Source: Parcubacteria group bacterium Gr01-1014_3 (GTDB lineage Bacteria > Patescibacteriota > Minisyncoccia > UBA6257 > WO2-44-18). From it: a stretch of 64,000 bases of DNA. The stretch is from assembly GCA_007376445.1 (NCBI GenBank), contig VMGF01000001.1, forward strand, positions 252,203-316,202, read 5' to 3'. This document shows, in pieces, positions 17,377 through 26,203 of the stretch; position 1 is the stretch's first letter; each line of letters starts with the position of its first letter. Under the pieces are notes generated by a model that saw nothing but the letters and a program-made list of their open reading frames with translations, searched no databases and was not told the DNA's origin. The position numbers and the translations under genes were made by a program.

Positions 17377-18228
17377 TTATTTCGTTTCTCGAATTACCAT
17401 TTCGACCAGCACTTCTTCGTAGTGACCGATCAATCCGGCAGCGCGTCCGAGCATGGCTCGGTAGGTGTTATGCCATCCCGGACGTTGGCTCGCGTTGATG
17501 ACCATGCCGTAGCAGGTCTCGAACCGATCCAGAAATTTATACACCGTTCGGCTGATGAAGATGAAACGCTTGATCAGAAGCTTCTGCTCTTCGTGGTTAA
17601 GCGCCGGTCCATCTTCGAGCTCTTTGGCGAGGATCATTTCCTTAACGAACTTGCTCAGCTCGCCAATCACATCGCCGAGACCCGCCAGCCAGCCTGGGAA
17701 TGGGATGCTCAGCTTGTGATGCCGCTCTTCGGGAGGCAGAGCTTCTTCGGTTGATACCAGTTCGTCGAGACTATCATCAGCTTTCGGATCCCCCATCTTG
17801 TACCAGAGATTCTGAAGAACTTCCTGGGTCCGCTTTTGGATCGTTGCCCGGTCTTGGGCATACTCGGGATGCAACAGCGGCACAAGATGAAAAACTCCCT
17901 CGGCCTCCACTACTTCGCCACCGGATTCGGTGTCCTTTTCAGAGGCGAAGTGCAGGGGTAGATCAAGGTCCGAAAGCTCTTTCCAAAGGTCTGCGAAGAT
18001 CTGTCGGAATTCGTCAGCCTTGCTAAGGTCACCATACTTCAGAGCCTTGATAAATTCTTTTGAGGTTTTGACCAATAAGTTCGCGACCGCGTAAGATCCG
18101 CCGATATCACGGCGCTGCTGCTCCGACTTGTCTTGAATGCTTTTCGAAATCCGATCGATATCATCGATTACCGGATTGCCCATGAGCGTAAACAGACGCT
18201 CTTCAAGCTCTCGCATTTGTCGAACCAT
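17377..18228 (-). CDS. Translin/TRAX (C3PO)-like protein
   Basis: GEVVEA and WLAGLGDVIGELSK match the ExxEA and GxxDxxGEL motifs of archaeal C3PO; N-terminal SKEFIKALKYGDLSKA; SD aggag. Confidence 0.72.
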   Translation of the reverse strand: MVRQMRELEERLFTLMGNPVIDDIDRISKSIQDKSEQQRRDIGGSYAVANLLVKTSKEFIKALKYGDLSKADEFRQIFADLWKELSDLDLPLHFASEKDTESGGEVVEAEGVFHLVPLLHPEYAQDRATIQKRTQEVLQNLWYKMGDPKADDSLDELVSTEEALPPEERHHKLSIPFPGWLAGLGDVIGELSKFVKEMILAKELEDGPALNHEEQKLLIKRFIFISRTVYKFLDRFETCYGMVINASQRPGWHNTYRAMLGRAAGLIGHYEEVLVEMVIRETK

Positions 18229-18301
18229 ACTAAAAGCTCCTAAAAAAGAGTGAAAAGAACCATTGCTCGAAATGAGCAGAGTTCAAAGTTTTGTTCTTTT
18301 G

Positions 18302-18396
18302 TTAAAGAACTCATCATTAGTGGCTAGATTCCGCTTCACCCGCCATAGGCGGGCAAGCTTGCAAAGACTGCTAACAACTAATGATAAATTCTCTAA
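18302..18396 (-). ncRNA. Long imperfect RNA hairpin upstream of the translin-like gene
   Basis: ~26-bp stem whose + strand A/C mismatches become G-U pairs on the minus strand. Confidence 0.5.
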
Positions 18397-18409
18397 TTTT
18401 TAAAAAGGT

Positions 18410-18444
18410 GCCCCAGTGGAGTGTTTTGCACACTCCACTGGGGC
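18410..18444 (-). terminator. Intrinsic terminator
   Basis: gccccagtggagtgt/acactccactggggc stem followed by a U-tract on the minus strand. Confidence 0.75.
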
Positions 18445-18480
18445 GTTGCTGGTTCTCGCTTGATCAGCCGTTGCGGCTGA

Positions 18481-19380
18481 TTAGACCCGACGCCGGAAGT
18501 CCCTGCCTCCCCGGAAGCCGTGCTTCGCGGAGCGGTTGACCTCGCCGAGGGCGTTGACGTTGGATCCAAGCTTGGTGAGCTTGGCCCGACGCCTTTCGTC
18601 CTGGGCCTTGACCTCGCCGATTTCCGCCCCCATCTCCTCCGCGATGCTGGTGGCTTCGGCGTGGGTGTGACCGTGGAAGATCCTGGAGTCCGTGCCCTGA
18701 GGCAACGTTTCCCGGTAGTCCCTCACACAGTCACGGCAGATCGCGCCGACTCGGAAGGTTCCATCCTCGTTCGGGAGAACGAAGAAGTTCCCGCTCCGAT
18801 ACGGCTCACCGGTCTTCTGGTTGATGACCGGCCTGTCGTCCTTCACGGAGGTCCAGGACATCGCCTGGAACTCCTCTTCGCCGATGTCGCACATCGCGAG
18901 GCCGGAGGTCGTGTCGTCGGGGCGAACGTCGCGCAGCGTTTTGAGCTGCTCGGCCTTCGTGCCTTCCTCGGTGAGCTTGTCCTGCAGCCAGACGATGGCT
19001 TCCTTCGTTTCCGCCAGCGTGAGCTGACGTCCGAGGCCCAGCGCCCGGTTCTTCAGGATCTGGAACCGCAGCCGGTAGTTGAAACCGGCCTTGGGATTCA
19101 CCGGGCTGGGACGGGTGTCCGCGTAGCCCCCGGCGATGAGGTAGTCCTGCGCCACGGGGGTGACACAGTAGCCTTCCAGCGAGAGGGGCTTGTACCCCTT
19201 CGTCTTGAGCTCCTTGTTTTTCTCGGCCATCTCAGCCGACGTCATCGGCTTGTCGCTCCGTTCGCGCTTGACCGGCTTGTCCGCCATCGGGGCGGGCTCG
19301 CTGCCTTCTGCCCGAGCCATCTTGAGGCCCTCGGCTCGCTGGTCCTCTCGGACCTCGTCCTTGCCATTCGATCCCTTCAT
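18481..19380 (-). CDS. High-GC orphan protein with a CxxC motif and RGG-like tail
   Basis: SD ggagg before ATG 19380; strong GC3 bias; own promoter and terminator. Confidence 0.7.
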   Translation of the reverse strand: MKGSNGKDEVREDQRAEGLKMARAEGSEPAPMADKPVKRERSDKPMTSAEMAEKNKELKTKGYKPLSLEGYCVTPVAQDYLIAGGYADTRPSPVNPKAGFNYRLRFQILKNRALGLGRQLTLAETKEAIVWLQDKLTEEGTKAEQLKTLRDVRPDDTTSGLAMCDIGEEEFQAMSWTSVKDDRPVINQKTGEPYRSGNFFVLPNEDGTFRVGAICRDCVRDYRETLPQGTDSRIFHGHTHAEATSIAEEMGAEIGEVKAQDERRRAKLTKLGSNVNALGEVNRSAKHGFRGGRDFRRRV

Positions 19381-19494
19381 GAAAAACCTCCAGAAAAGGA
19401 AACCAAAAAACCAGAAGTTACTCCAAAAAATCAACCTCGAGCCACATAGCTAGAGGCCGGAGTAACGTTGTGCCCTTGTTTAAGATCTGCGCTC

Positions 19495-19522
19495 ATTATA
19501 GCAGATAGGGATATTTTGTCAA
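19495..19522 (-). promoter_or_regulatory. Consensus sigma70 promoter
   Basis: TTGACA-16 nt-TATAAT with extended TG on the minus strand. Confidence 0.7.
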
Positions 19523-19672
19523 TACCCCGCCAGAGGCGGGCAAGCCCCCCATCTGCCTTAATTCAAAGTGCTTCTGGTTAATAAAACACCCCAGTTTAGC
19601 CACAGGTTTCGGTTGACATTCTCGGTTTTTATTCTTAATATATCGGTGGTTGTTTTACAAAGGAGTATTACC

Positions 19673-21046
19673 TTGGAAGATCGAAGCGAGCGTCATGTGA
19701 ATTTCGTTGACCTATTGTTTGTGGATATCGATGGCATGCGGAAGGCAGTCAGCATGCCTTACGAGCGCTATGCAGCCGGCATGAAAGAGGCAGCATTAAA
19801 AAAAGCTGAACAGAAGGACAAGGAAGACGTAGAATTTTACAAATGGTTTGACGGCTCTTCGATTGCTGGGTTTAATTCAATCGAAAACAGCGACATGCGA
19901 CTGAAGCCGGACGAGAGTACTTTTCATGTACTTCCCTGGACCGAGTCTCCATTTGAGACGGCTGTGGTTTTGTGCGATGTGCTTACTAAAGACGGTGAGC
20001 CATACACGGATGATCCTAAGCAAATGCTCAAGAATATCTTGGAGCGTTATAAGAAAAATGGCTGGCTTTATAAAGTTGGCTCCGAGGTCGAGTTCTTTAT
20101 CTTGAAGAAGGACGGCGATCGCTGGGTGCCGCATGACGCTGGGGAATATTTCCATTTCAAGCCCGGCGATGAAGGTGAGCGAATGAGGCAAGAAATCTGC
20201 AACTATCTTTTCCGAATGGGCGTGAAGCCCGAAGCGCATCACCACGAGGTTGCTCCAGGTCAGCACGAAATCGCGATCGAATTTGATGACGCTGAAAAGT
20301 CCGCGTTAAACATTTATCTTTTGAAGATGACGATTGAGTATGTGGCGAGCCAGCATGGTTATCGCGCGACCTTTATGCCAAAGCCCTTTGCTGGCATGAA
20401 CGGATCCGGCATGCACACGCATCAGAGCGTTTCTGACCTGGAAGGCAAGAATCTTTTCTATAATCCGGAAGAAACCGAGAAAGACAAAAGCCATCTTTCG
20501 GATCTGGCCAAAAAGTTCATGGCCGGCCAGCTGAAGTACCTGGAGAATATGTGCGTCTTCATCGCGCCGACCGTCAATTCCTACAAGCGCCTGATTCCCG
20601 GATATGAAGCCCCGGTGTATGTTTGCTGGGGTAAGCAGAATCGCTCTGCCGCTCTGCGTTTGCCGGCGATGACTAAAGAAGAGATGGAAAAGGGCATGCG
20701 CGTTGAGCTGCGTTGTCCAGATCCCAGCTGTAATCCCTACATCGCCTATACCGCCATGGCGATGGCTGGCTTTGAGGGAATGGACGGAGCGCCGGGTATG
20801 AGCGGCTTGCCAGAACCGATCGAAGAGAACGCTTACAAGATGACCGCTGATGAGAGGGATGAGCGGAACATTTATTCTCTTCCCAGTAATCTGGATCGAG
20901 CGATGACCGAGGCCAACATTTCCAATCTGCAATCCCTTGCTTTTAATGAAAGCTTTATGCAGAAGTTCAGCGACCGGAAGCGCGCCGAGTGGCGCGACTA
21001 CCACAGCTTCCAGGTGACGCCTTGGGAAATTGAAAAATATTTGTGA
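19673..21046 (+). CDS. glnA: Glutamine synthetase type I
   Basis: FDGSSI, EVEFF, HHEVAPGQHEI, ATFMPKP, NGSGMHTH, NSYKRL, RVELRCPDPSCNPY; SD aggag before TTG 19673. Confidence 0.93.
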   Translation: MEDRSERHVNFVDLLFVDIDGMRKAVSMPYERYAAGMKEAALKKAEQKDKEDVEFYKWFDGSSIAGFNSIENSDMRLKPDESTFHVLPWTESPFETAVVLCDVLTKDGEPYTDDPKQMLKNILERYKKNGWLYKVGSEVEFFILKKDGDRWVPHDAGEYFHFKPGDEGERMRQEICNYLFRMGVKPEAHHHEVAPGQHEIAIEFDDAEKSALNIYLLKMTIEYVASQHGYRATFMPKPFAGMNGSGMHTHQSVSDLEGKNLFYNPEETEKDKSHLSDLAKKFMAGQLKYLENMCVFIAPTVNSYKRLIPGYEAPVYVCWGKQNRSAALRLPAMTKEEMEKGMRVELRCPDPSCNPYIAYTAMAMAGFEGMDGAPGMSGLPEPIEENAYKMTADERDERNIYSLPSNLDRAMTEANISNLQSLAFNESFMQKFSDRKRAEWRDYHSFQVTPWEIEKYL

Positions 21047-21053
21047 ATTAAAA

Positions 21054-21080
21054 AAAGCTCCGACATTATGTCGGAGCTTT
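21054..21080. terminator. Bidirectional terminator between glnA and serA
   Basis: aaagctccgaca-tta-tgtcggagcttt. Confidence 0.75.
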
Positions 21081-21086
21081 ATATTT

Positions 21087-22274
21087 TTAAAAATTCAGGT
21101 CGCAGATTCGAGCGGAGGTTACGCCCTCTAACTTTTCGATTCCGAAAGTTACTTCCATCAATACGGGAGGTTTTCCGGAGAAATCCAGATCTAAGATCGT
21201 TACCGCGTGGCTACGATTTTTATTGGATTTATTGAGAGAGCCGGCGATATTGTAGCCCAGGCCAGCCGCGATTCCAGTGATCTGTGTCAGTATTCCGGGA
21301 GAATCCTTGTGATGCACCAGAATCCGATTCTGGCTTTTTCCAGCCGGAACCAGGAAGTTGATCTCCGGAAAATTCACCGAGTTTTTCACATACCCAAAGC
21401 GGAAAAAATCATCAAGTTGTTTCGCCACCATCGTGGCCGCGTTAGTTTCGGCTTCTTCGGTTGAAGCGCCGAGATGCGGGAAGAAAATCGCCTGCCCGCT
21501 TACGGCTTCGCTTGCGAACATCCGGTCATAGAAGTCGGAAACATATTTAGCGAGGTGTTGGTTTTGGAGCGCGTGCCGGACGGTGACCGTGTCGATCATC
21601 TCGCCGCGGGCGAAGTTTAATAGCTTGACGCCGCGTTTCATCTGATTAAGAAATTCTGAGTTCACCATTCCAGTGCTTTCGGGAGTAAGCGCGGAGTGCA
21701 GGGTTACGTAATCCGCGACTTCGAGCCCTTGCTTAACGTTCATCGCAACGTGAATTCTAGAGTCGCGGATGTTCTCCGATCGGACGAATGGATCATGCCC
21801 GATCACCCGCATTCCTAGGGCGACACACATCTCCGCTACTTCCATCCCTATTTTTCCGAGTCCGATGACAAAGATAGTTTTTCCGGCCAGCTCCGAACCG
21901 ACAAAATGAGACTTTACGGATTCGGCGTCGATTGTCTCACTAGCCGCGCGAATCATCATCGTAGCCGCGATTGCTGGTCTCGCGGCAGCCAGCAATCCAA
22001 AAAGTACCAGCTCTTTCACCGCGTTGGCGTTCGCGCCTGGCGCGTTGAAAACAGCGATCCCCTTCTGATTGCACTGCTCGATTGGGATGTTGTTCACGCC
22101 GGTCCCGGCCCGCCCAATGGCGATAATGCTTTTTGGAAGATCGGTCTTATTGAGATCATGCGAGCGCACAAAAACTAGATCGGGATGTTCTTCCAGAGAT
22201 ACTTCCTGGTACTGATTAAACTGCCCATTAAGAATGTCGCGAGAAATCTTGTTGAGCACCGCGATACGCAACAT
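21087..22274 (-). CDS. serA: D-3-phosphoglycerate dehydrogenase with ACT domain
   Basis: RAGTGVNNIP, NAPGANANAVKEL, GLGKIG, NFARG, PHLGASTEEA, SVNFP, C-terminal ACT. Confidence 0.88.
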   Translation of the reverse strand: MLRIAVLNKISRDILNGQFNQYQEVSLEEHPDLVFVRSHDLNKTDLPKSIIAIGRAGTGVNNIPIEQCNQKGIAVFNAPGANANAVKELVLFGLLAAARPAIAATMMIRAASETIDAESVKSHFVGSELAGKTIFVIGLGKIGMEVAEMCVALGMRVIGHDPFVRSENIRDSRIHVAMNVKQGLEVADYVTLHSALTPESTGMVNSEFLNQMKRGVKLLNFARGEMIDTVTVRHALQNQHLAKYVSDFYDRMFASEAVSGQAIFFPHLGASTEEAETNAATMVAKQLDDFFRFGYVKNSVNFPEINFLVPAGKSQNRILVHHKDSPGILTQITGIAAGLGYNIAGSLNKSNKNRSHAVTILDLDFSGKPPVLMEVTFGIEKLEGVTSARICDLNF

Positions 22275-22340
22275 CCGCACCTCCTTATATGTAAAAGGAC
22301 GCTTGTATTTTAGCGATTAATTATTAAAAACGCAAGATAA

Positions 22341-22403
22341 TTTTAAATTCTCAATTTTAAATTTGAAATTAAATTAAAATTTATAATTAAAAATTTAAAA
22401 TTA
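22341..22403. repeat. 63-bp AT-rich imperfect palindrome, copy 2
   Basis: Matches the reverse complement of 4681-4743 with about 5 mismatches. Confidence 0.7.
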
Positions 22404-22431
22404 AAAAACCCCTGAAAACCAGGGGTTTAAA

Positions 22432-23256
22432 CTATTTCCACCAGAAACCAGGACCAACCCGCATGCATCCGGATCCGATGAGCGGAGCCGCGATCATGAA
22501 CTTGATCGCTGTTCCGAGAATCGAATGAGCGAAGCCAAGCAGATAAGCATTCCGGGAATATTTCAGGAAGAGATAGCAGCTGGTGCTGGCCCAGAAGAAA
22601 GTTCCGATAGTCAGCACTGGATTCGGGAGGTGCAGGAAAGCGAAGAATAATCCTACGATCAGCGCGCTCTTCCACTCGCTTTTGACGAGCTGGCCGATGC
22701 GGTTGCTGAAGTAGCCGTTCAAAAGTCCTTCCTGAACGACCGACCAGATCAGATACGGACCTAGCGCTTGCTGGTATAGCTTGTCCACGAAGTTTTTACG
22801 TTCGTAGAATCTGGGGTCGATCAAGTAGCCGATTGCGACTATGATGATTACCGCGCTTAGTAAAAAGATCGCCAGTGGTTTTGCGATTCGGAGAGAGTCC
22901 GGGCAAAACCCCATCGTCTGTCCGTTATCGCCAATCACACAAAGTTGATCACCCTTCTTCACGCGATCACCACGCTTAACGGATGTGGCGACTACATGGG
23001 AGAGGGTATATTCTTTCGTTTCTTTTTCGGTCTTAATTTCGATAATCGTGACCAATCCTCGATTTTCAATTTTCTCAATTAATCCGCCTTCTTCGGCTAG
23101 ATAAAATTGACGGCGTATCCAGCTCCGGATGATCAATATCATCGAAGCGGTGCCAAGAATCACCGAGAGCCAGGCGCCGATCGCGAAGGCCCAGATCGTG
23201 GCCGTGATCATTACGCAAACCAGGATCGTTTCGTTCCTGAGTGATTTTTGTTCCAT
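22432..23256 (-). CDS. CPBP (Abi/CAAX protease) family protein with an inserted M23-like beta domain
   Basis: QEGLLNGYF..R, FAFLHLPN, AHSILG; insert ends SVKRGDRVKKGDQLCVIGDNG. Confidence 0.72.
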   Translation of the reverse strand: MEQKSLRNETILVCVMITATIWAFAIGAWLSVILGTASMILIIRSWIRRQFYLAEEGGLIEKIENRGLVTIIEIKTEKETKEYTLSHVVATSVKRGDRVKKGDQLCVIGDNGQTMGFCPDSLRIAKPLAIFLLSAVIIIVAIGYLIDPRFYERKNFVDKLYQQALGPYLIWSVVQEGLLNGYFSNRIGQLVKSEWKSALIVGLFFAFLHLPNPVLTIGTFFWASTSCYLFLKYSRNAYLLGFAHSILGTAIKFMIAAPLIGSGCMRVGPGFWWK

Positions 23257-23270
23257 GCGTCACCGATTCC

Positions 23271-24491
23271 TCAAGGTTCCACCAAGGCTTGAAAGGCTGT
23301 ATAAATACGCCTTCCAGTTTCCGGTCCTAAAGATTTAGCGCGTTCCTGCTTGTATTTCGGTAGATCGAAATCTTCAGTGGGCAAAATGTAGCCAATTTCA
23401 TCATTAGCAAGACCAAAAATCATTATTTCCGCTCTGCCGCCGCGCCTAAGCATTTGCTTTATCTTTTTCGCGAGTCCAGGCGTAATTTCTCCCGGCACCA
23501 TCAAAATCACTAGATCGGCAAAACGGATTACGCTAACTTCGGTATTAATTATGCCGTTGGCGTAAGTTTCGGAGAATGTCGGAATCAACTTTGTTGCAAT
23601 GGCTTTTTGGAAAAATTCATTTTGAAGCGGTATCGCGACCACAGCCTTTTTAATCGCAAAGTCATTGAATGTGATTAAGCGCTGACAAGAAAATTTATTT
23701 TTAACGCGAAGAGCAATCAGATCCCCAACTTCTTCGGCCCTTTCAAACCCCTTTTCTTTCGCTAGAAAAGTTTCTGGATGGATTGAGACCATTCCACCGA
23801 GAGCGCCGTTGACGTATAAAGCGACTCCTCCAAATCTTTTTTCAATTTCTTTTACTACATAACCAGGAAAGTCGGCAGTAATTAGTCGATTATTTTTGCC
23901 CAAAGCTTCCGGGTGACAAGCAAAATTTACTAAAGTAGCAATCGTTCCCATTTTTCCCACCGCGGTCAAAAAATTGATATCGCGGTCTAATTCGGTTGAT
24001 TTCCAATTAATAGATATCTCGCCGCTATCCGCTTTGCCAAAATAAAGCCGGACGGGTTCAAGATTTTTGGCAGTTGCCTTAAGAAGCTCAACAATTTTCT
24101 GCCGGACTTCCGACATATAATTTTCATCCCGACCAACACCAAATATACCAAGAGAGTCTGGACCGGAATGATTGTGCGTTGAACAAATAAAAATATTTTC
24201 TTCCTCAGCCTCTTTTCTTATTTGAATCAAGTCGTACGGTAAAAATCCGACAAGATCTATTGAAATAATTGCCAATCGTTTGCCGGACTTCGGTTCTAGA
24301 ATGAGGCAGCGAGCATATAGATCGTCATGAATTCCCAATGCTCGACGATCTTTATGAAGGTAACCACCCATCGGTATTCCCACTGGAGGCGTAATAGAAA
24401 TAGAAGCCGCGCCCGCGCGCAAATAGCCATCGATTTCTTCCTGGCCAATAAAACAACAGCCTGACAAAAACAAAATCACCAGAAAGCGCAT
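23271..24491 (-). CDS. Neutral/alkaline ceramidase-like lipoprotein
   Basis: LRAGAA..ITPP..MGGY, HDDLYAR, THNHSGPD, NFACHPE, TADFPG, PGE, GLANDEIGYI; lipobox LSGC. Confidence 0.8.
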   Translation of the reverse strand: MRFLVILFLSGCCFIGQEEIDGYLRAGAASISITPPVGIPMGGYLHKDRRALGIHDDLYARCLILEPKSGKRLAIISIDLVGFLPYDLIQIRKEAEEENIFICSTHNHSGPDSLGIFGVGRDENYMSEVRQKIVELLKATAKNLEPVRLYFGKADSGEISINWKSTELDRDINFLTAVGKMGTIATLVNFACHPEALGKNNRLITADFPGYVVKEIEKRFGGVALYVNGALGGMVSIHPETFLAKEKGFERAEEVGDLIALRVKNKFSCQRLITFNDFAIKKAVVAIPLQNEFFQKAIATKLIPTFSETYANGIINTEVSVIRFADLVILMVPGEITPGLAKKIKQMLRRGGRAEIMIFGLANDEIGYILPTEDFDLPKYKQERAKSLGPETGRRIYTAFQALVEP

Positions 24492-24577
24492 TTTTTACCT
24501 CTGTCAAAAAGCCGCATAAACTATACAATAATTCCTGTTATTTTTCAAATAAAAACCCGCAACAAAAGTTGCGGGAC

Positions 24578-25243
24578 TTAATCCAAAAATCCTGGGCCGA
24601 CCCTCATGCTGCCGTTACCAAAGAGCGGATTAGCTATGAAATATTTTATGGCCGTTCCCAGAATCGATTGGCAGATGGTCAAAAGGTACAGGTTTCGAGA
24701 TCTAAGAAAGAAATAGGCTCCGCCAGCACCGAAAATGAAAGTCGTGGGCGCAAGCACCGGATTAGGCAAATGAATGATTCCAAATAAAGTTCCAGCAACC
24801 AACGCCACCAACCACCTTTTTTTTAGGGCCTTTTCCAGACGATTGGTGAAATATCCCTGCAACAGCAGTTGCTGAATAAATGCCCATATCACATAACCCT
24901 TGAGTTGGATATAGAATTTTTTCCAAAAATCAGGCTTTTGTGAAGATTCGGGGAAAAAAGTGAAGAATATAGCAATCATAACCCCAAAAGAAATTGTGGT
25001 TAATAACAGTATCGGCAGAGCCTGACTAAAATCTGCTGGTTGGATTCCAATATGTTCTAGGGTTTTTCGACCGGCATTTTCTTTATTTTCCTTGTAATAA
25101 AGTTGCCAACTTCGAAATATCAATATGAGAATAGCGACCACGGCAATCATTGCGATTGATTTAGGAAAAATCCATACAATGCCCATTATTAATCCAAAAA
25201 CCACAAAGATTTCTGTCACTACACACCTCTCAAAATGAGCCAC
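24578..25243 (-). CDS. CPBP family protein (paralog of 22432-23256)
   Basis: QQLLLQGYFTNR, FGIIHLPNP, shared C-terminal MRVGPGF. Confidence 0.72.
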   Translation of the reverse strand: MAHFERCVVTEIFVVFGLIMGIVWIFPKSIAMIAVVAILILIFRSWQLYYKENKENAGRKTLEHIGIQPADFSQALPILLLTTISFGVMIAIFFTFFPESSQKPDFWKKFYIQLKGYVIWAFIQQLLLQGYFTNRLEKALKKRWLVALVAGTLFGIIHLPNPVLAPTTFIFGAGGAYFFLRSRNLYLLTICQSILGTAIKYFIANPLFGNGSMRVGPGFLD

Positions 25244-26118
25244 CAGATGAAGTCAACACTTGCATGGAGAACGACCGCGGCGGTCAAGGATTGTCGCCGC
25301 CAGTAGATGTAGCCGTATGCCAGTCCAGCAAGCGTTGCGAAACAAACATAATGCCAATTCGGATAATCGAAGGAGCCAACTTTGTTATTGATGTGAGCAA
25401 ATCCGAAAATAAGCGACGATGTGATAATCGCCACCGTCGGCTTCAAGTAGTTCCCCAGCACATTCTGAATAAGACCTCGGAAGATAATTTCTTCTGCTAG
25501 CGCTGGAGCAAATAGAAAAAGTAGATATACAATCGGTACTGCTATCGGATACTTTTCCGCGACTGGGTTGAGCGCTAGTTTGGTAAAACCAATAGCCAAT
25601 GTGATGGGAATGATTGGCAACGATAGGCCACCGATCATCAGTCCAATCATTTTCCAGTCGCCCTTATTCATTTTAAGATCGAACTTCAAATCGATTTTTC
25701 GAATTTCCATCACCATGAGAACGAAAACGATAGCGGTATAGGCAGTCAGCGGATAACCAATGCCACCGATTTTCCAACTCTTCAATATCCAACGGAATTC
25801 CACCGGCAGCCAAAGCAACACCGTGAACAAGAGCAAAACCAATCCAAGCTTGCCACTTCCGTTTCTTGTAAAATAAATAAGCAATGTCGGCGCCATCAGA
25901 TAGACAGCGAGACGGCCGAATAGCTCTAAATTACAATTGCCAGCAATGTACGTGAGTACGAAGTTTAACGCCAAGATAGCTGTAGGGATCAAGAAAATCC
26001 GCCAAGATTTTTCCTTAAACCAATTACCGACTTTTTCTCGTATTGCGCGCTTTGCTAAAAAGACAATTATGACCAATACGAAAAAAGTTCCGATTCCGGC
26101 AATAATTTTTGCCACCAT
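25219..26118 (-). CDS. CPBP family intramembrane metalloprotease
   Basis: Canonical EEIIFRG, FGFAH, H(A)SVD motifs; multiple TM helices. Confidence 0.88.
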   Translation of the reverse strand: MVAKIIAGIGTFFVLVIIVFLAKRAIREKVGNWFKEKSWRIFLIPTAILALNFVLTYIAGNCNLELFGRLAVYLMAPTLLIYFTRNGSGKLGLVLLLFTVLLWLPVEFRWILKSWKIGGIGYPLTAYTAIVFVLMVMEIRKIDLKFDLKMNKGDWKMIGLMIGGLSLPIIPITLAIGFTKLALNPVAEKYPIAVPIVYLLFLFAPALAEEIIFRGLIQNVLGNYLKPTVAIITSSLIFGFAHINNKVGSFDYPNWHYVCFATLAGLAYGYIYWRRQSLTAAVVLHASVDFIWWLILRGV

Positions 26119-26203
26119 CTTTACCCCCTAAACAAGTTATCAACGAACGCAAAAAGAATACAAGAAAAACCGACTTTTGGCAAGCCGGTTTATATTGGTT
26201 CGG

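Noticed and set aside
18520-19449. 309-aa + strand ORF antisense to the high-GC orphan
   Set aside because: Shadow ORF caused by GC3 bias; the SD, promoter and terminator all support the minus-strand gene.
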